Of a DNA stretch of 64,000 bases, positions 8,914 to 17,621 are shown piece after piece. The DNA is taken from positions 15,395 through 79,394 of the forward strand of contig CAYRJM010000001.1 of the NCBI GenBank assembly GCA_964424665.1, read 5' to 3'. Source of the DNA: an uncultured Chitinophagaceae bacterium (GTDB taxonomy: Bacteria; Bacteroidota; Bacteroidia; Chitinophagales; Chitinophagaceae). The notes beneath the pieces are model-generated. The model ran no database searches. It worked only from the letters and a program-made list of their open reading frames with translations, and was not told where the DNA came from. Made by a program: the position numbers and the translations under genes. Every line of letters begins with the position of its first letter. The first letter of the stretch is position 1.

Positions 8914-11790
8914 TTATTCCTGCAACAGTAAATCTCCATTAAGAACATATGTTTTATTTTTCCCGGTTTTAAAATTAACCATTTTATCGCCATATTTAAT
9001 TATACATTTTTTCCCGGCCCTGGACAAAATTTTTACTTTTTGCAGTTGTCCCTCGTTCCACTTGACATTCAGAACGAAGCCTCCCCGTGCGCATATTCCT
9101 TTCACTTGACCTGCAGGCAACGCATCGGGAAGTGCTGGTAAAAGTTCTATTATACCGGTTTCGCTTTGAACCAACATATTGGCGATTCCGGTTGCTCCGC
9201 CAAAATTACCATCGATCTGGAATGGCGGGTGAGCATCGAAGAGATTATTGTAAGAGCCTCCCCTGTTTTTTCTGCCAGGCATTTGTGCAGGGCTTAACAT
9301 CTCCTGCAATAATTTATAAGCATGATTGCCTTCTTTAAACATGGTCCATAAATTGATTTTCCATGCGAGGCTCCACCCGGTTCCTTCATCCCCCCGATAA
9401 ATCAGGGACTGCCGCGCCGCCTTCATTAACGCTGTATCTTTCCAGGTAATGTCTGTACCGGGAAACACCCCCCACAAATGAGAGACATGCCTGTAATGGT
9501 CGGATGTATCGTCAATATCGGAAAGCCATTCCTGCAACTGGCCGTATTGTCCGATTTGATTAGGCGCTATCCGCTTATACTGCTGCTTCAAAGTATCGGC
9601 AAATGCGCTATCCACGCCCAATATTTCTGCAGCCTGGATACAATTTTTAAATAAATCCCGGATAATCTGGTGATCCATGGTCGGACCAGCGACCAGCCCC
9701 CCATGCTCGGGAGAATTCGATGGAGAGCTAATCAACCAGCCCGTTTTGGGGTCTTCAATTAAAAAACAACTAAAAAATTTTGCTGCTGATTTCATAATCG
9801 GATAAGCGGTGTCTTTCAGAAACACCTCCTCCTGTGTAAATTGATAATGTTGCCAAAGCTGATGGCAGAGCCAGGCGCCTCCCGTAGGCCAGATGCCATG
9901 ATCAGCCTTGTCGATCGGGGCAGTTCCTAACCAAATATCTGTATTGTGATGCAAAACCCATCCGGGGCAACCATAATATTCTCTTGCTGTCTTTTTCCCC
10001 TTTTCAGCCAATCCCATCATCATGGTAAATAACGGCTCATGAAGCCGGGACAAATTAAGGACCTCAGCAGGCCAATAATTCATTTCTAAGTTGATATTGG
10101 TCGTATATTTACTGCCCCACGGCGGCCGCATTTGATCGTTCCAAATTCCCTGCAAGTTAGGCGGAAGGGTGCCCGGCCAGGATGAAGAAATCAATAAGTA
10201 TCTTGCGTACTGCAGATATAAAGCGACTAGCGCGGGGTCCGTATCCGACATAAATCTCCGGATTCTTACATCGGTAGGTAATTTTGCATTTTTTGACTGT
10301 CCTAAATCTATGGAAAAGGTATTAAAGTATTTTTGATAGGCTTGAACATGATCGGTTCTTATCGTCTCATAACTTTTTCCATCAAGTGAGGCTAAAGCAT
10401 TTACACAAGCCGTCGACGGATTACCATTTACCTGGTGATAATTAACAAAATTTGTTCCTGCCACAATATATAAAGTAGCTTCATCGGCATTTTTCACAGC
10501 AATCACGCTGGAGTCAATCGCCACTTCACCTCCTTTGATAATGACGCGTAACCTGCTTTCTCCTTTTAGAACCCCACCCTTTATCTTTAAAGTCTGAACA
10601 ATAGTATGATCATCTAATTTTTTAACGTCGGACAACTTATGCTTACTGCTTAAGGACGCCTGAAAATTCAAAGCATTATTATGATCCGATGTCAGATGGA
10701 CGACAATAGCCTGAGCGGGATGGCTGGCAAAGTATGTTCTTTTATAAGTAATACCACTACTTTTAAAAACCGTGCGGCTAATGGCATTTGAGATATCAAG
10801 GCTCCTTTTATAATGTGTGACAGAATCTAAACCGAAAAATTTCAGCCATAGGTCGGCAAAAGGCTGGTAGGAAGCCTCATAATGCGGAAAAGGCGGGGGA
10901 TTGTCATTCTGGATTTTAAATTTCCAGGCCCGCTCAAGTGAAATGCCCTTTTCAGCGCTGGTTCCCTTAGGATAAATAGCCATCGTCTTTTTATCCTCCG
11001 TAAAATGATAGCCAGCCAATCCTCCTTTGTCGTCTGGATTGATTACCTGAATAGCAACTACATTCCCTTTTTCCCGCAGATAACCGGCGGGAATGGTATA
11101 CTTCCTAAAATCCCACTTCGATTTATGACTTCCCAAAAAGTGGCCATTCACATACGTAAAGTCTATATCCCGCACATTCCCCAGATCCAGTATCAAAGGC
11201 TTCCCCTTCCAGCCGGCTTTTAAATCAAAACTTATTCTGAACCAGAAAGCTCCGTTTTCTCCTTCCATAGCGGGTACAACCCTTTCAAAACCATCTCCGG
11301 TGGGAATCTTCATCGTCTTCCACTTGCTGTCGTCATAAGCAGGATCTGCAGGTTCCAGGTTTTCGTCGGCTCTTACCTTATCCAACCAATGATTAAAGAG
11401 GCTGTCGTAAATATCCTCAAACCGCTCCGTTCCCATAAAATGCTTCTGCGCCAGGGCTTCTGCTTCATCTTGCCTTCCCTCAAATAACAGTTTTCTGATC
11501 CTTGGGAGGTATTGAAACGCGTTTTCCCTGTTATAATCTCTTGGACCCGCCGTCCAAAACGTTTCCTCATTTATCTGTATATGATCTTGTTTTACCCCAC
11601 CGAAAATCATGGCACCAAGCCTCCCGTTTCCAATAGGCAAAGCATCAGTCCATTCAACAGCCGGTCGCGTGTACCACAATAGAAGACGGGAGGGTGGGTG
11701 TTCTTTTTTATTGCAACCTGTACAAAATAAGGCAATACCAACAATTACAATGATAGAAAGACCAACGATATTTCTATTATACCCCTTCAT
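8914..11790 (-). CDS. GH95 glycoside hydrolase (alpha-L-fucosidase/alpha-L-galactosidase type) with an inserted galactose-binding-like domain
   Basis: 958 aa with lipobox LFCTGC. The GH95 N-terminal signature is LWYTRPAVEWTDALPIGNGRLGAMIFGG...INEETFW. The catalytic-region motif is TTNINLEMNYWPAE. An extra ~185 aa sits between KHFMG and SYQPFADLWLKF. Confidence 0.85.
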   Translation of the reverse strand: MKGYNRNIVGLSIIVIVGIALFCTGCNKKEHPPSRLLLWYTRPAVEWTDALPIGNGRLGAMIFGGVKQDHIQINEETFWTAGPRDYNRENAFQYLPRIRKLLFEGRQDEAEALAQKHFMGTERFEDIYDSLFNHWLDKVRADENLEPADPAYDDSKWKTMKIPTGDGFERVVPAMEGENGAFWFRISFDLKAGWKGKPLILDLGNVRDIDFTYVNGHFLGSHKSKWDFRKYTIPAGYLREKGNVVAIQVINPDDKGGLAGYHFTEDKKTMAIYPKGTSAEKGISLERAWKFKIQNDNPPPFPHYEASYQPFADLWLKFFGLDSVTHYKRSLDISNAISRTVFKSSGITYKRTYFASHPAQAIVVHLTSDHNNALNFQASLSSKHKLSDVKKLDDHTIVQTLKIKGGVLKGESRLRVIIKGGEVAIDSSVIAVKNADEATLYIVAGTNFVNYHQVNGNPSTACVNALASLDGKSYETIRTDHVQAYQKYFNTFSIDLGQSKNAKLPTDVRIRRFMSDTDPALVALYLQYARYLLISSSWPGTLPPNLQGIWNDQMRPPWGSKYTTNINLEMNYWPAEVLNLSRLHEPLFTMMMGLAEKGKKTAREYYGCPGWVLHHNTDIWLGTAPIDKADHGIWPTGGAWLCHQLWQHYQFTQEEVFLKDTAYPIMKSAAKFFSCFLIEDPKTGWLISSPSNSPEHGGLVAGPTMDHQIIRDLFKNCIQAAEILGVDSAFADTLKQQYKRIAPNQIGQYGQLQEWLSDIDDTSDHYRHVSHLWGVFPGTDITWKDTALMKAARQSLIYRGDEGTGWSLAWKINLWTMFKEGNHAYKLLQEMLSPAQMPGRKNRGGSYNNLFDAHPPFQIDGNFGGATGIANMLVQSETGIIELLPALPDALPAGQVKGICARGGFVLNVKWNEGQLQKVKILSRAGKKCIIKYGDKMVNFKTGKNKTYVLNGDLLLQE

Positions 11791-11799
11791 AAATTTGCA

Positions 11800-13356
11800 T
11801 TAATCTATTCTTGTTAGCCGCAGGGCCATGTATGGCTTATTGGGGATCGGAATGCTTCTTCCTTGAGTATCAACAAATTTATAGTCATTCAGTCTTTTTA
11901 TTTCAAACACCCCATCTACTGCTTTGATCGTCATATTCCAGGTGTCAATCAGCTCTGCCTTAAATTTCATACCATCTTCCAGCCCCTTATCCGGCAGCAA
12001 AAACCTCCATTGATCGGGCGTTTTCTTTCCGAAATATTTTAAATAATACTCCCCTATTTTACCTGCCATGTTCAAAATATAATACTGATCAATCGGATCT
12101 AAGGCCGGCGCGTCTTCAATAATTTTTTTGAGAAAAGCAATTCGCTCCGGACTTTTTCCAATCAATTTTCCACCTGTTGAAATCCATGGATTGTCTTCAA
12201 AAGCTTCGCCATGTGTAGCATAACCGCCACCAATGTAGGTGATCCAAAAGCGGTACGTCATTTCTTCACCCGTTAATTGCCCCCAACGCCTGTTGATATC
12301 CCCTTCATAATTAATTTCATCCAGAACAACAGGCTTTCTATAAATATCCCGTAAAAGTGGAACCACACCCGGAACATCAGCAGCATTGTAATACTGCATA
12401 CTCACATGAGATACCCACGGTTTTGTATAGTTATAAATACGGCCGGCATTATGGATCGATATAAGATGATGATAAGGGTCCAATCGCTTAATCTCCTTAA
12501 AGAGCGCAGTCCATTCTTCATCCGTCATACTTTCGATAAAGCTGTTTTCATTGGCCAGGCTCCACCAAACATTTCGATAAGCAGCAAAACGAGCAACACA
12601 GTAACGGACAAAACGTTTTCGGGTTGCCATATCCATTCTTTCGAATCCCCATCCTTCGTCATAGGGATTGAAGATAATAACATCCGCCTGAACACCTATG
12701 TTCCTTAATTTCAGAATACAGTTTTCCACCTTTTGAAAAAAAATCGGATTAAAACGCGACAGGTTCCAGTTGGCTTTAGCTGTTCCTTCAAACGGAAGAT
12801 TCGCCAATTTTCCAGGGCCCTTCAGGTACCTGTCATCGTAGGGAGGGATAACCAAAAAACGCGCCTTATTAAAAGGAGATTTTTTGAGGGTTTGAAGCGT
12901 TTGTTCAATCATTGTTTCGGATTGAAAATTCCATTGATAAATAGTAGTACCAAAAGGAATGTATTCAGAACTATCTGCAAAGGTGAAGTTATACATATCT
13001 TTTACACTCACCGGGCCATGGTTATCCGCTGAAGGGGCCGAGCAGATAAACTCCCCTTTAATATCATCCAGCGTATCCCTGTTACTATGGGTGACATAAG
13101 TCCACTTCCCTTCTGCGTTAGGCATAAACCTGATCTTGAATACACCGTTCCCATCATAAAACCCTTCGGGATTAAATACTTGGTCGCCGTGGCGAAACTC
13201 AGCAGACAGGTCAATTCCCACAAAAGGATTGCCTCCTTCCGGGCCATGAAGAGTCAGTTCAAAGACGTCCCATTTTTCAACTTTTTCCTGACTAAACGCT
13301 GCCTGAGCCATAAGCAAACAGGCCATAAGCAATAAACAATACCTTTTAATCTTCAT
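11800..13356 (-). CDS. DUF5060 / DUF4038-like (GH140 apiosidase-related) / DUF5605-type TIM-barrel glycosidase candidate
   Basis: The track ORF is 11800..13380 with a TTG start. The ATG at 13356 gives MKIKRYCLLLMACLLMAQAAFSQ, a good signal peptide. The N-terminal Ig-like block VEKWDVFELTLHGP...GKWTYVTHSN is followed by a TIM-barrel-like core and a C-terminal beta-sandwich (AELIDTWNMTI). The family assignment is from memory. Confidence 0.45.
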   Translation of the reverse strand: MKIKRYCLLLMACLLMAQAAFSQEKVEKWDVFELTLHGPEGGNPFVGIDLSAEFRHGDQVFNPEGFYDGNGVFKIRFMPNAEGKWTYVTHSNRDTLDDIKGEFICSAPSADNHGPVSVKDMYNFTFADSSEYIPFGTTIYQWNFQSETMIEQTLQTLKKSPFNKARFLVIPPYDDRYLKGPGKLANLPFEGTAKANWNLSRFNPIFFQKVENCILKLRNIGVQADVIIFNPYDEGWGFERMDMATRKRFVRYCVARFAAYRNVWWSLANENSFIESMTDEEWTALFKEIKRLDPYHHLISIHNAGRIYNYTKPWVSHVSMQYYNAADVPGVVPLLRDIYRKPVVLDEINYEGDINRRWGQLTGEEMTYRFWITYIGGGYATHGEAFEDNPWISTGGKLIGKSPERIAFLKKIIEDAPALDPIDQYYILNMAGKIGEYYLKYFGKKTPDQWRFLLPDKGLEDGMKFKAELIDTWNMTIKAVDGVFEIKRLNDYKFVDTQGRSIPIPNKPYMALRLTRID

Positions 13357-15799
13357 CTGTATCGTATTTTCTTTTTCCAAAATAAAAAGTCATTTGATTT
13401 GTTATTTCTCCCGCTTTGTTCCAGTTCGTTGTAGCTCCATGAGCAAAAACACTCCACCATTTAGACCTGGTTTTCTTTTGTCCATTAGACCAATAGGTAG
13501 TGTAGAGGATGGTTGCATATGGCGTGTGCTCTCTCGTCCATTTTAACGTACCATCCTTACTCCAGTATTTTTCTGTACCGGTTCGATGACCGTTGACGTA
13601 ATTGGTCACATATTGTTTTTGACCATTTTTATAGTACCACGTCTTTTGCCCGTTTAACAGAAAATTTCCATTGTTTCCTATCCATCCGCTGTAAGACAAT
13701 TTAATCTGTCCATTGGGGTATTTTTCCTCGTAATGTTTAATATCCGCTTCGGCAGGGAAGCCCGGATTTTCATACATCGGGGAATCGTAGTCAGAGAGTA
13801 TCCAAGCTTCATTAAACGCAAAATCAACAGCAGGATAACTTTTAGAGGAAACCAAATGGATCACCCCATTAGGCAGTTGGGCGACATCGCAGTAGCCAAT
13901 CGTACCAAAACCTTGTTGAGGTTTACCTTCATCCACCACGCCTCTCCACTCATTATGCGGCGGTGTCAAAGGCAGTTTTTTAATTGTCCAGGTTTTCCCT
14001 TCGTCTTGCGACAAAGCCACAAATGCCCCTCTTTGTTTAATACTTTCGGGGGGTGGCCCCTCGTCGTACATTTTACTGCTCTGAAAATCCCCTGCGAAAA
14101 GCAGGTTGCCGCTTTGCAATCTCATGATGATATGGCGTTGATTGCTGCCTACGGCAGGGAACGGTGTTTCCATCGCCTGGGTCCAGGTTTTTCCCAAATC
14201 AGAAGAATAACACTTTGGCGTATAACCATTTACGCTAGTGTTTTTGCCTCCAATAGCCAGAATTCTTCCGTCCTTCAACAATTCAAAGGCCGAATGCCTC
14301 CCGACTGTCCGGCCACCCTGATCATGCCAAGTCTTTCCATCATCTTTGCTGGCCCACAAGAAAGACTGTGGTCCATCGCCATCCATCGCCATAAAGATAA
14401 TACTATCGGGGCCTCTAAAAGCGTCGGAAATAGGTTGTGGGGTAATCGGACCGACAGCTCCTTTTACTACGGGGAAGGTCAGTTCACTCCAGGAAGCGCC
14501 ATTATCTGATGAGGTTGTAAATCTAAAGGGAGCCCTGCCAAAACCTCTGCCTCCACCGAAAAACCACAGTTTTCCATTGTCGTTCCACAACAAAGCCGAC
14601 TGATCATTTAATCCGGCCAAATCGTAAAATAAATTAGGCATATCCCATTCCTGAGAACCGTACCGCAACCGCGTTGCTACCATCGTGGTATTATTGGCAG
14701 ATTCACTCTTGCCCAATTGAGAGGAAAAAGCAATATAAAGCAAGTCGCCATTAGCGCATGCGGCCAATCCGCCGCTATGTAACCTACCAACGACACCACC
14801 ATCTAAGCCCACCGCCACGTCTTCATCCGGAAAAGTAAGGTCGGGAGGGCTGGAAATGAGCGGTCGGGCTTTAAAATAAGGCTTTTCGGGGTCAGGCCCG
14901 ATACCGGGATCTGCCTTTTTCTGACTAATTCCCTCAAAAGAAAATCCTAACTGAAAATCCAGGGGCTTGGTTTCAGGCAATGGGCCCATTACTACTCTAA
15001 ATCCTACGTAATGTGGCCGCGGTCCACTCCAGTTCTTATCCGGGTAAGCTGGTGGTAAGCTTGACCGGGTAAATGCAGTATAAAAAACTGAAGCAGTATC
15101 AGGCCGGTAAGTATCTGGTTTCCCATCGTCGATCTCCTTAATATCCAGCGGGCCGCCTCTCACCACTTTACTCCAGCTCTTGTCATAACCTACCGGATCT
15201 GTAACAGATGAATCCGGATAAGCGCCAAACCAATCGTAACACCATTCAGGCGCCTGAGAGGCCATGTTTTTTAATCCCCAGGGATTGACATCGTTGGCAG
15301 GCTGTCTATTGCCTGACCAAAAATAGGTAGCTGCTCCGGCCCTGGCGGCATATTCCCATTCCGCTTCTGTGGGCAAGCGATAAGGTTTACCTTCTTTTTT
15401 GCTCAGCCACGCACAAAAGGCCTGTGCCTCCTGCCAACTTACGCCCGTCACATAAGGTTCAAAATATCCGGTTCCTTCGTAGGCTGCTTTAAACTGCTTA
15501 AACTGTTCCACAGTTACTTCCTGAGTTCCCATGTAAAAGCCTTTACTAATCGTTACTTTATGCGTAGGGCCTTCACTCCAATAAGGAACATCTTTTGATC
15601 GATCCGTGAATTTTTGCAGCCGTAAGGAATCTTTTTTCGCCCCCATGATAAAACTACCCGAAGGAATATAAACCATTTTCATCCCGATAGAATTGGTAAA
15701 AGACTTACGGTCCTCCTGCCGCTTCGGTGCGCTGCAAGAAGTGAATAAGAAGACGACAAGGCAAAGCAGTACAATGATCTGATACCATCTTTTCAACAT
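13346..15799 (-). CDS. Multidomain lipoprotein: FGE/SUMF1-like domain + BNR/Asp-box sialidase-fold beta-propeller + MORN/YwqK-like repeats
   Basis: 817 aa with lipobox LFTSC. FGE-family motifs are HKVTISKGFYMGTQEVT, YRLPTEAEWEYAARAG, VVRGGP and VGFRVVMG. Asp-boxes are SSDNGASWS, SKDDGKTWH, SSDLGKTWT and SQDEGKTWT. The C-terminal repeats read YYKNGQKQYVTNYVNGHRTGTEKYWSKDGTLK. Confidence 0.75.
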   Translation of the reverse strand: MLKRWYQIIVLLCLVVFLFTSCSAPKRQEDRKSFTNSIGMKMVYIPSGSFIMGAKKDSLRLQKFTDRSKDVPYWSEGPTHKVTISKGFYMGTQEVTVEQFKQFKAAYEGTGYFEPYVTGVSWQEAQAFCAWLSKKEGKPYRLPTEAEWEYAARAGAATYFWSGNRQPANDVNPWGLKNMASQAPEWCYDWFGAYPDSSVTDPVGYDKSWSKVVRGGPLDIKEIDDGKPDTYRPDTASVFYTAFTRSSLPPAYPDKNWSGPRPHYVGFRVVMGPLPETKPLDFQLGFSFEGISQKKADPGIGPDPEKPYFKARPLISSPPDLTFPDEDVAVGLDGGVVGRLHSGGLAACANGDLLYIAFSSQLGKSESANNTTMVATRLRYGSQEWDMPNLFYDLAGLNDQSALLWNDNGKLWFFGGGRGFGRAPFRFTTSSDNGASWSELTFPVVKGAVGPITPQPISDAFRGPDSIIFMAMDGDGPQSFLWASKDDGKTWHDQGGRTVGRHSAFELLKDGRILAIGGKNTSVNGYTPKCYSSDLGKTWTQAMETPFPAVGSNQRHIIMRLQSGNLLFAGDFQSSKMYDEGPPPESIKQRGAFVALSQDEGKTWTIKKLPLTPPHNEWRGVVDEGKPQQGFGTIGYCDVAQLPNGVIHLVSSKSYPAVDFAFNEAWILSDYDSPMYENPGFPAEADIKHYEEKYPNGQIKLSYSGWIGNNGNFLLNGQKTWYYKNGQKQYVTNYVNGHRTGTEKYWSKDGTLKWTREHTPYATILYTTYWSNGQKKTRSKWWSVFAHGATTNWNKAGEITNQMTFYFGKRKYDTDED

Positions 15800-15825
15800 G
15801 GGTATTTTATTTTAACGGTTTACAA

Positions 15826-17388
15826 CTATATTTTTCCGGTAACGCTTTTTAACTGATCGGAGTGAATCACTCTCTTTCCGTTCACAAATACATTAAGCCC
15901 TTTCCCTTCACCGTATTTTGCTCCGGTTTTATCCCAAATTATAGTCAGGACATGTCCGTGGTAGGATACGTTATCCAGGCAAAACCAGTCCCATTTTCCT
16001 TCCGGTATCAAAGGATGGACCTCAATAATATTATCCGGGCGGGGTTTCAAACCAACTAAACCGCTAATAACCAAGTCACAATAGCCCGAATGGTTATAAA
16101 ACTTACTCCTGGGGCTATACCCTTTCAACCATTCCCCTGTTTTCCCATCCTGATATTCCCCGATAAAGGGCTTTCCATTTTTTTGCTGAGAATTGGAATA
16201 CTGCTTAAACAATTTAAAATAATCCGCTTTAGTCATTCCATGGTTCTGATAATCAGTCAACAGATTAGCGAGCCCTTTTAGCGTCTGCGTAGTAGCAAAG
16301 GGCCAAATCGCACCATCCCATTCACAATCTCCTGTACCGTGTGTTCTGAAGTATGGACTTCTGCGTTCAGCAGTTGTAATGCCCCAGGGGGCTAAAAAGC
16401 CCTGAGGATCCATCAATTGCGTCCACGCTTTGCCAAATTCAGGGGTGTCTTCAGGAAGATTAAAATACCAGGGAATAAATCCGATTTCTTCCCTGGTACC
16501 GCATAGTTGCCCACTTTTGGCTTCCAATACCTCAAAAAAATGATCTTTTTTACTCCACAAATTCCGCTGGACCAGATCCTTGAGTTCAGCGGCTTTCTTC
16601 GTATATTTACGATACAGACTGTCTATATTGACGACAGCCGCCATCTTGGCCAAGGCTTTGGCATTCCCGTACATATAACTGTTGATGGTCGGTCTGGTGT
16701 TTTTCACATGGCGCCCGCCTCCAATAGACTCTTCCATCCCGTCTCTTACATCGTATTGCCAGAACATACCATTTTTCAATTGCTTTTCTTCTTCCCATTG
16801 CATAAAATCGTGGTCCAAGCTTGTAATCAACGGTGTTATAAATGCCGTATCCAGGTTAACAAGGAAACGATTATAAACAGCATCATCTATCCAACTGCTG
16901 TATTTATGAAATACGGGATGAGGTTCGTATTGATCATGAAACAACCAATACCAAATGGTTTGATCAACGTATTTTTTTTGATGAAGCCATCTTCCTTCAT
17001 AAATATGATGGCCGAGCGCACAGCTAATAGAGTTATAAGCACCGGCATGGCCAACAGGCGTAAGAAATTCGGTAAAAAGAAAACCTTCAGGTGTCTTTAC
17101 TAAGTGTTTACGGAAAGTCCACCAACGGTAATAATACATTTTTTCAATAACGGAATCCGGGCACTCAAACAATGGGATATTGTTGGATAGCCAGGAAAAA
17201 GACGCTGCATCCGAAACATAATTTACTACGGATTCCGTATCACCGCGATTAAATTCGACGACATAATTTTTCAGCTGATCGGTACTGAGCACGAGTGATT
17301 GAGGAACAAGGCTGTCTTGCGCGCGGACGAAAGTATTTCCTAAGCCCGCAAACAGGATGAGTCCTACTATAAGTAACCGGTAATTCAT
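15826..17388 (-). CDS. Secreted (alpha/alpha)6-barrel glycosidase-like protein (GH63/MGH1-like by eye; GH142-like not excluded)
   Basis: 520 aa with a signal peptide ending VRAQ. Motifs are WQYDVRDGMEESIGGG and GDCEWDGAIWPFATTQTLKGL, which resemble trehalase/MGH1-type six-hairpin enzymes. It is the first gene of the 17.4-kb minus-strand block. Confidence 0.45.
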   Translation of the reverse strand: MNYRLLIVGLILFAGLGNTFVRAQDSLVPQSLVLSTDQLKNYVVEFNRGDTESVVNYVSDAASFSWLSNNIPLFECPDSVIEKMYYYRWWTFRKHLVKTPEGFLFTEFLTPVGHAGAYNSISCALGHHIYEGRWLHQKKYVDQTIWYWLFHDQYEPHPVFHKYSSWIDDAVYNRFLVNLDTAFITPLITSLDHDFMQWEEEKQLKNGMFWQYDVRDGMEESIGGGRHVKNTRPTINSYMYGNAKALAKMAAVVNIDSLYRKYTKKAAELKDLVQRNLWSKKDHFFEVLEAKSGQLCGTREEIGFIPWYFNLPEDTPEFGKAWTQLMDPQGFLAPWGITTAERRSPYFRTHGTGDCEWDGAIWPFATTQTLKGLANLLTDYQNHGMTKADYFKLFKQYSNSQQKNGKPFIGEYQDGKTGEWLKGYSPRSKFYNHSGYCDLVISGLVGLKPRPDNIIEVHPLIPEGKWDWFCLDNVSYHGHVLTIIWDKTGAKYGEGKGLNVFVNGKRVIHSDQLKSVTGKI

Positions 17389-17459
17389 AAAGATAAAATG
17401 CTAAAATAATTGACTGATCCTACCCATTTTTTGCATTAAGAATGCGATAATTTACAATT

Positions 17460-17467
17460 CAAATATA
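17460..17467 (-). promoter_or_regulatory. Candidate -7 box (TATATTTG = TAnnTTTG) for the 17.4-kb minus-strand block
   Basis: There is an exact consensus match on the minus strand, 72 nt upstream of the ATG at 17388, within the 233-nt AT-rich divergent intergenic region. Confidence 0.3.
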
Positions 17468-17563
17468 AATACATATTTTACAAATAAAGAAAAAAACCGA
17501 AAATAGGATAATTTTATATAAAGTATTGAAAACATCTTAAAAAGAAGCGTGCATAATGAATCC

Positions 17564-17571
17564 TACTTTTG
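17564..17571 (+). promoter_or_regulatory. Candidate -7 box (TACTTTTG = TAnnTTTG) for the plus-strand GH29 block
   Basis: There is an exact consensus match 50 nt upstream of the GTG start at 17622. Confidence 0.3.
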
Positions 17572-17621
17572 CTTAAACCGCAAATTGGATAATTCACCCT
17601 TTAATAGCAAAAATCATTTCC

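Noticed and set aside
13733-14509. A 258-aa plus-strand ORF, together with similar long antisense ORFs at 2262..2756, 16507..17103, 41689..42060, 56356..56928, 61701..62138 and 62800..63198
   Set aside because: All of them lie entirely inside, and antisense to, long ORFs that have strong family motifs. Their translations are low-complexity, Cys/Arg/Ile-rich and contain no recognisable motifs or signal peptides. They are shadow ORFs typical of the opposite strand of real genes.
13346-15799. The N-terminal FGE/SUMF1 domain as a genuine formylglycine-generating enzyme serving sulfatases
   Set aside because: The region where FGEs carry their catalytic Cys pair, between the RGG and GFRVV motifs, contains no cysteine. 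The protein is a lipoprotein, and there is no sulfatase gene in the 64 kb. A structural or binding FGE-fold of the GldJ/GldK type is more likely.
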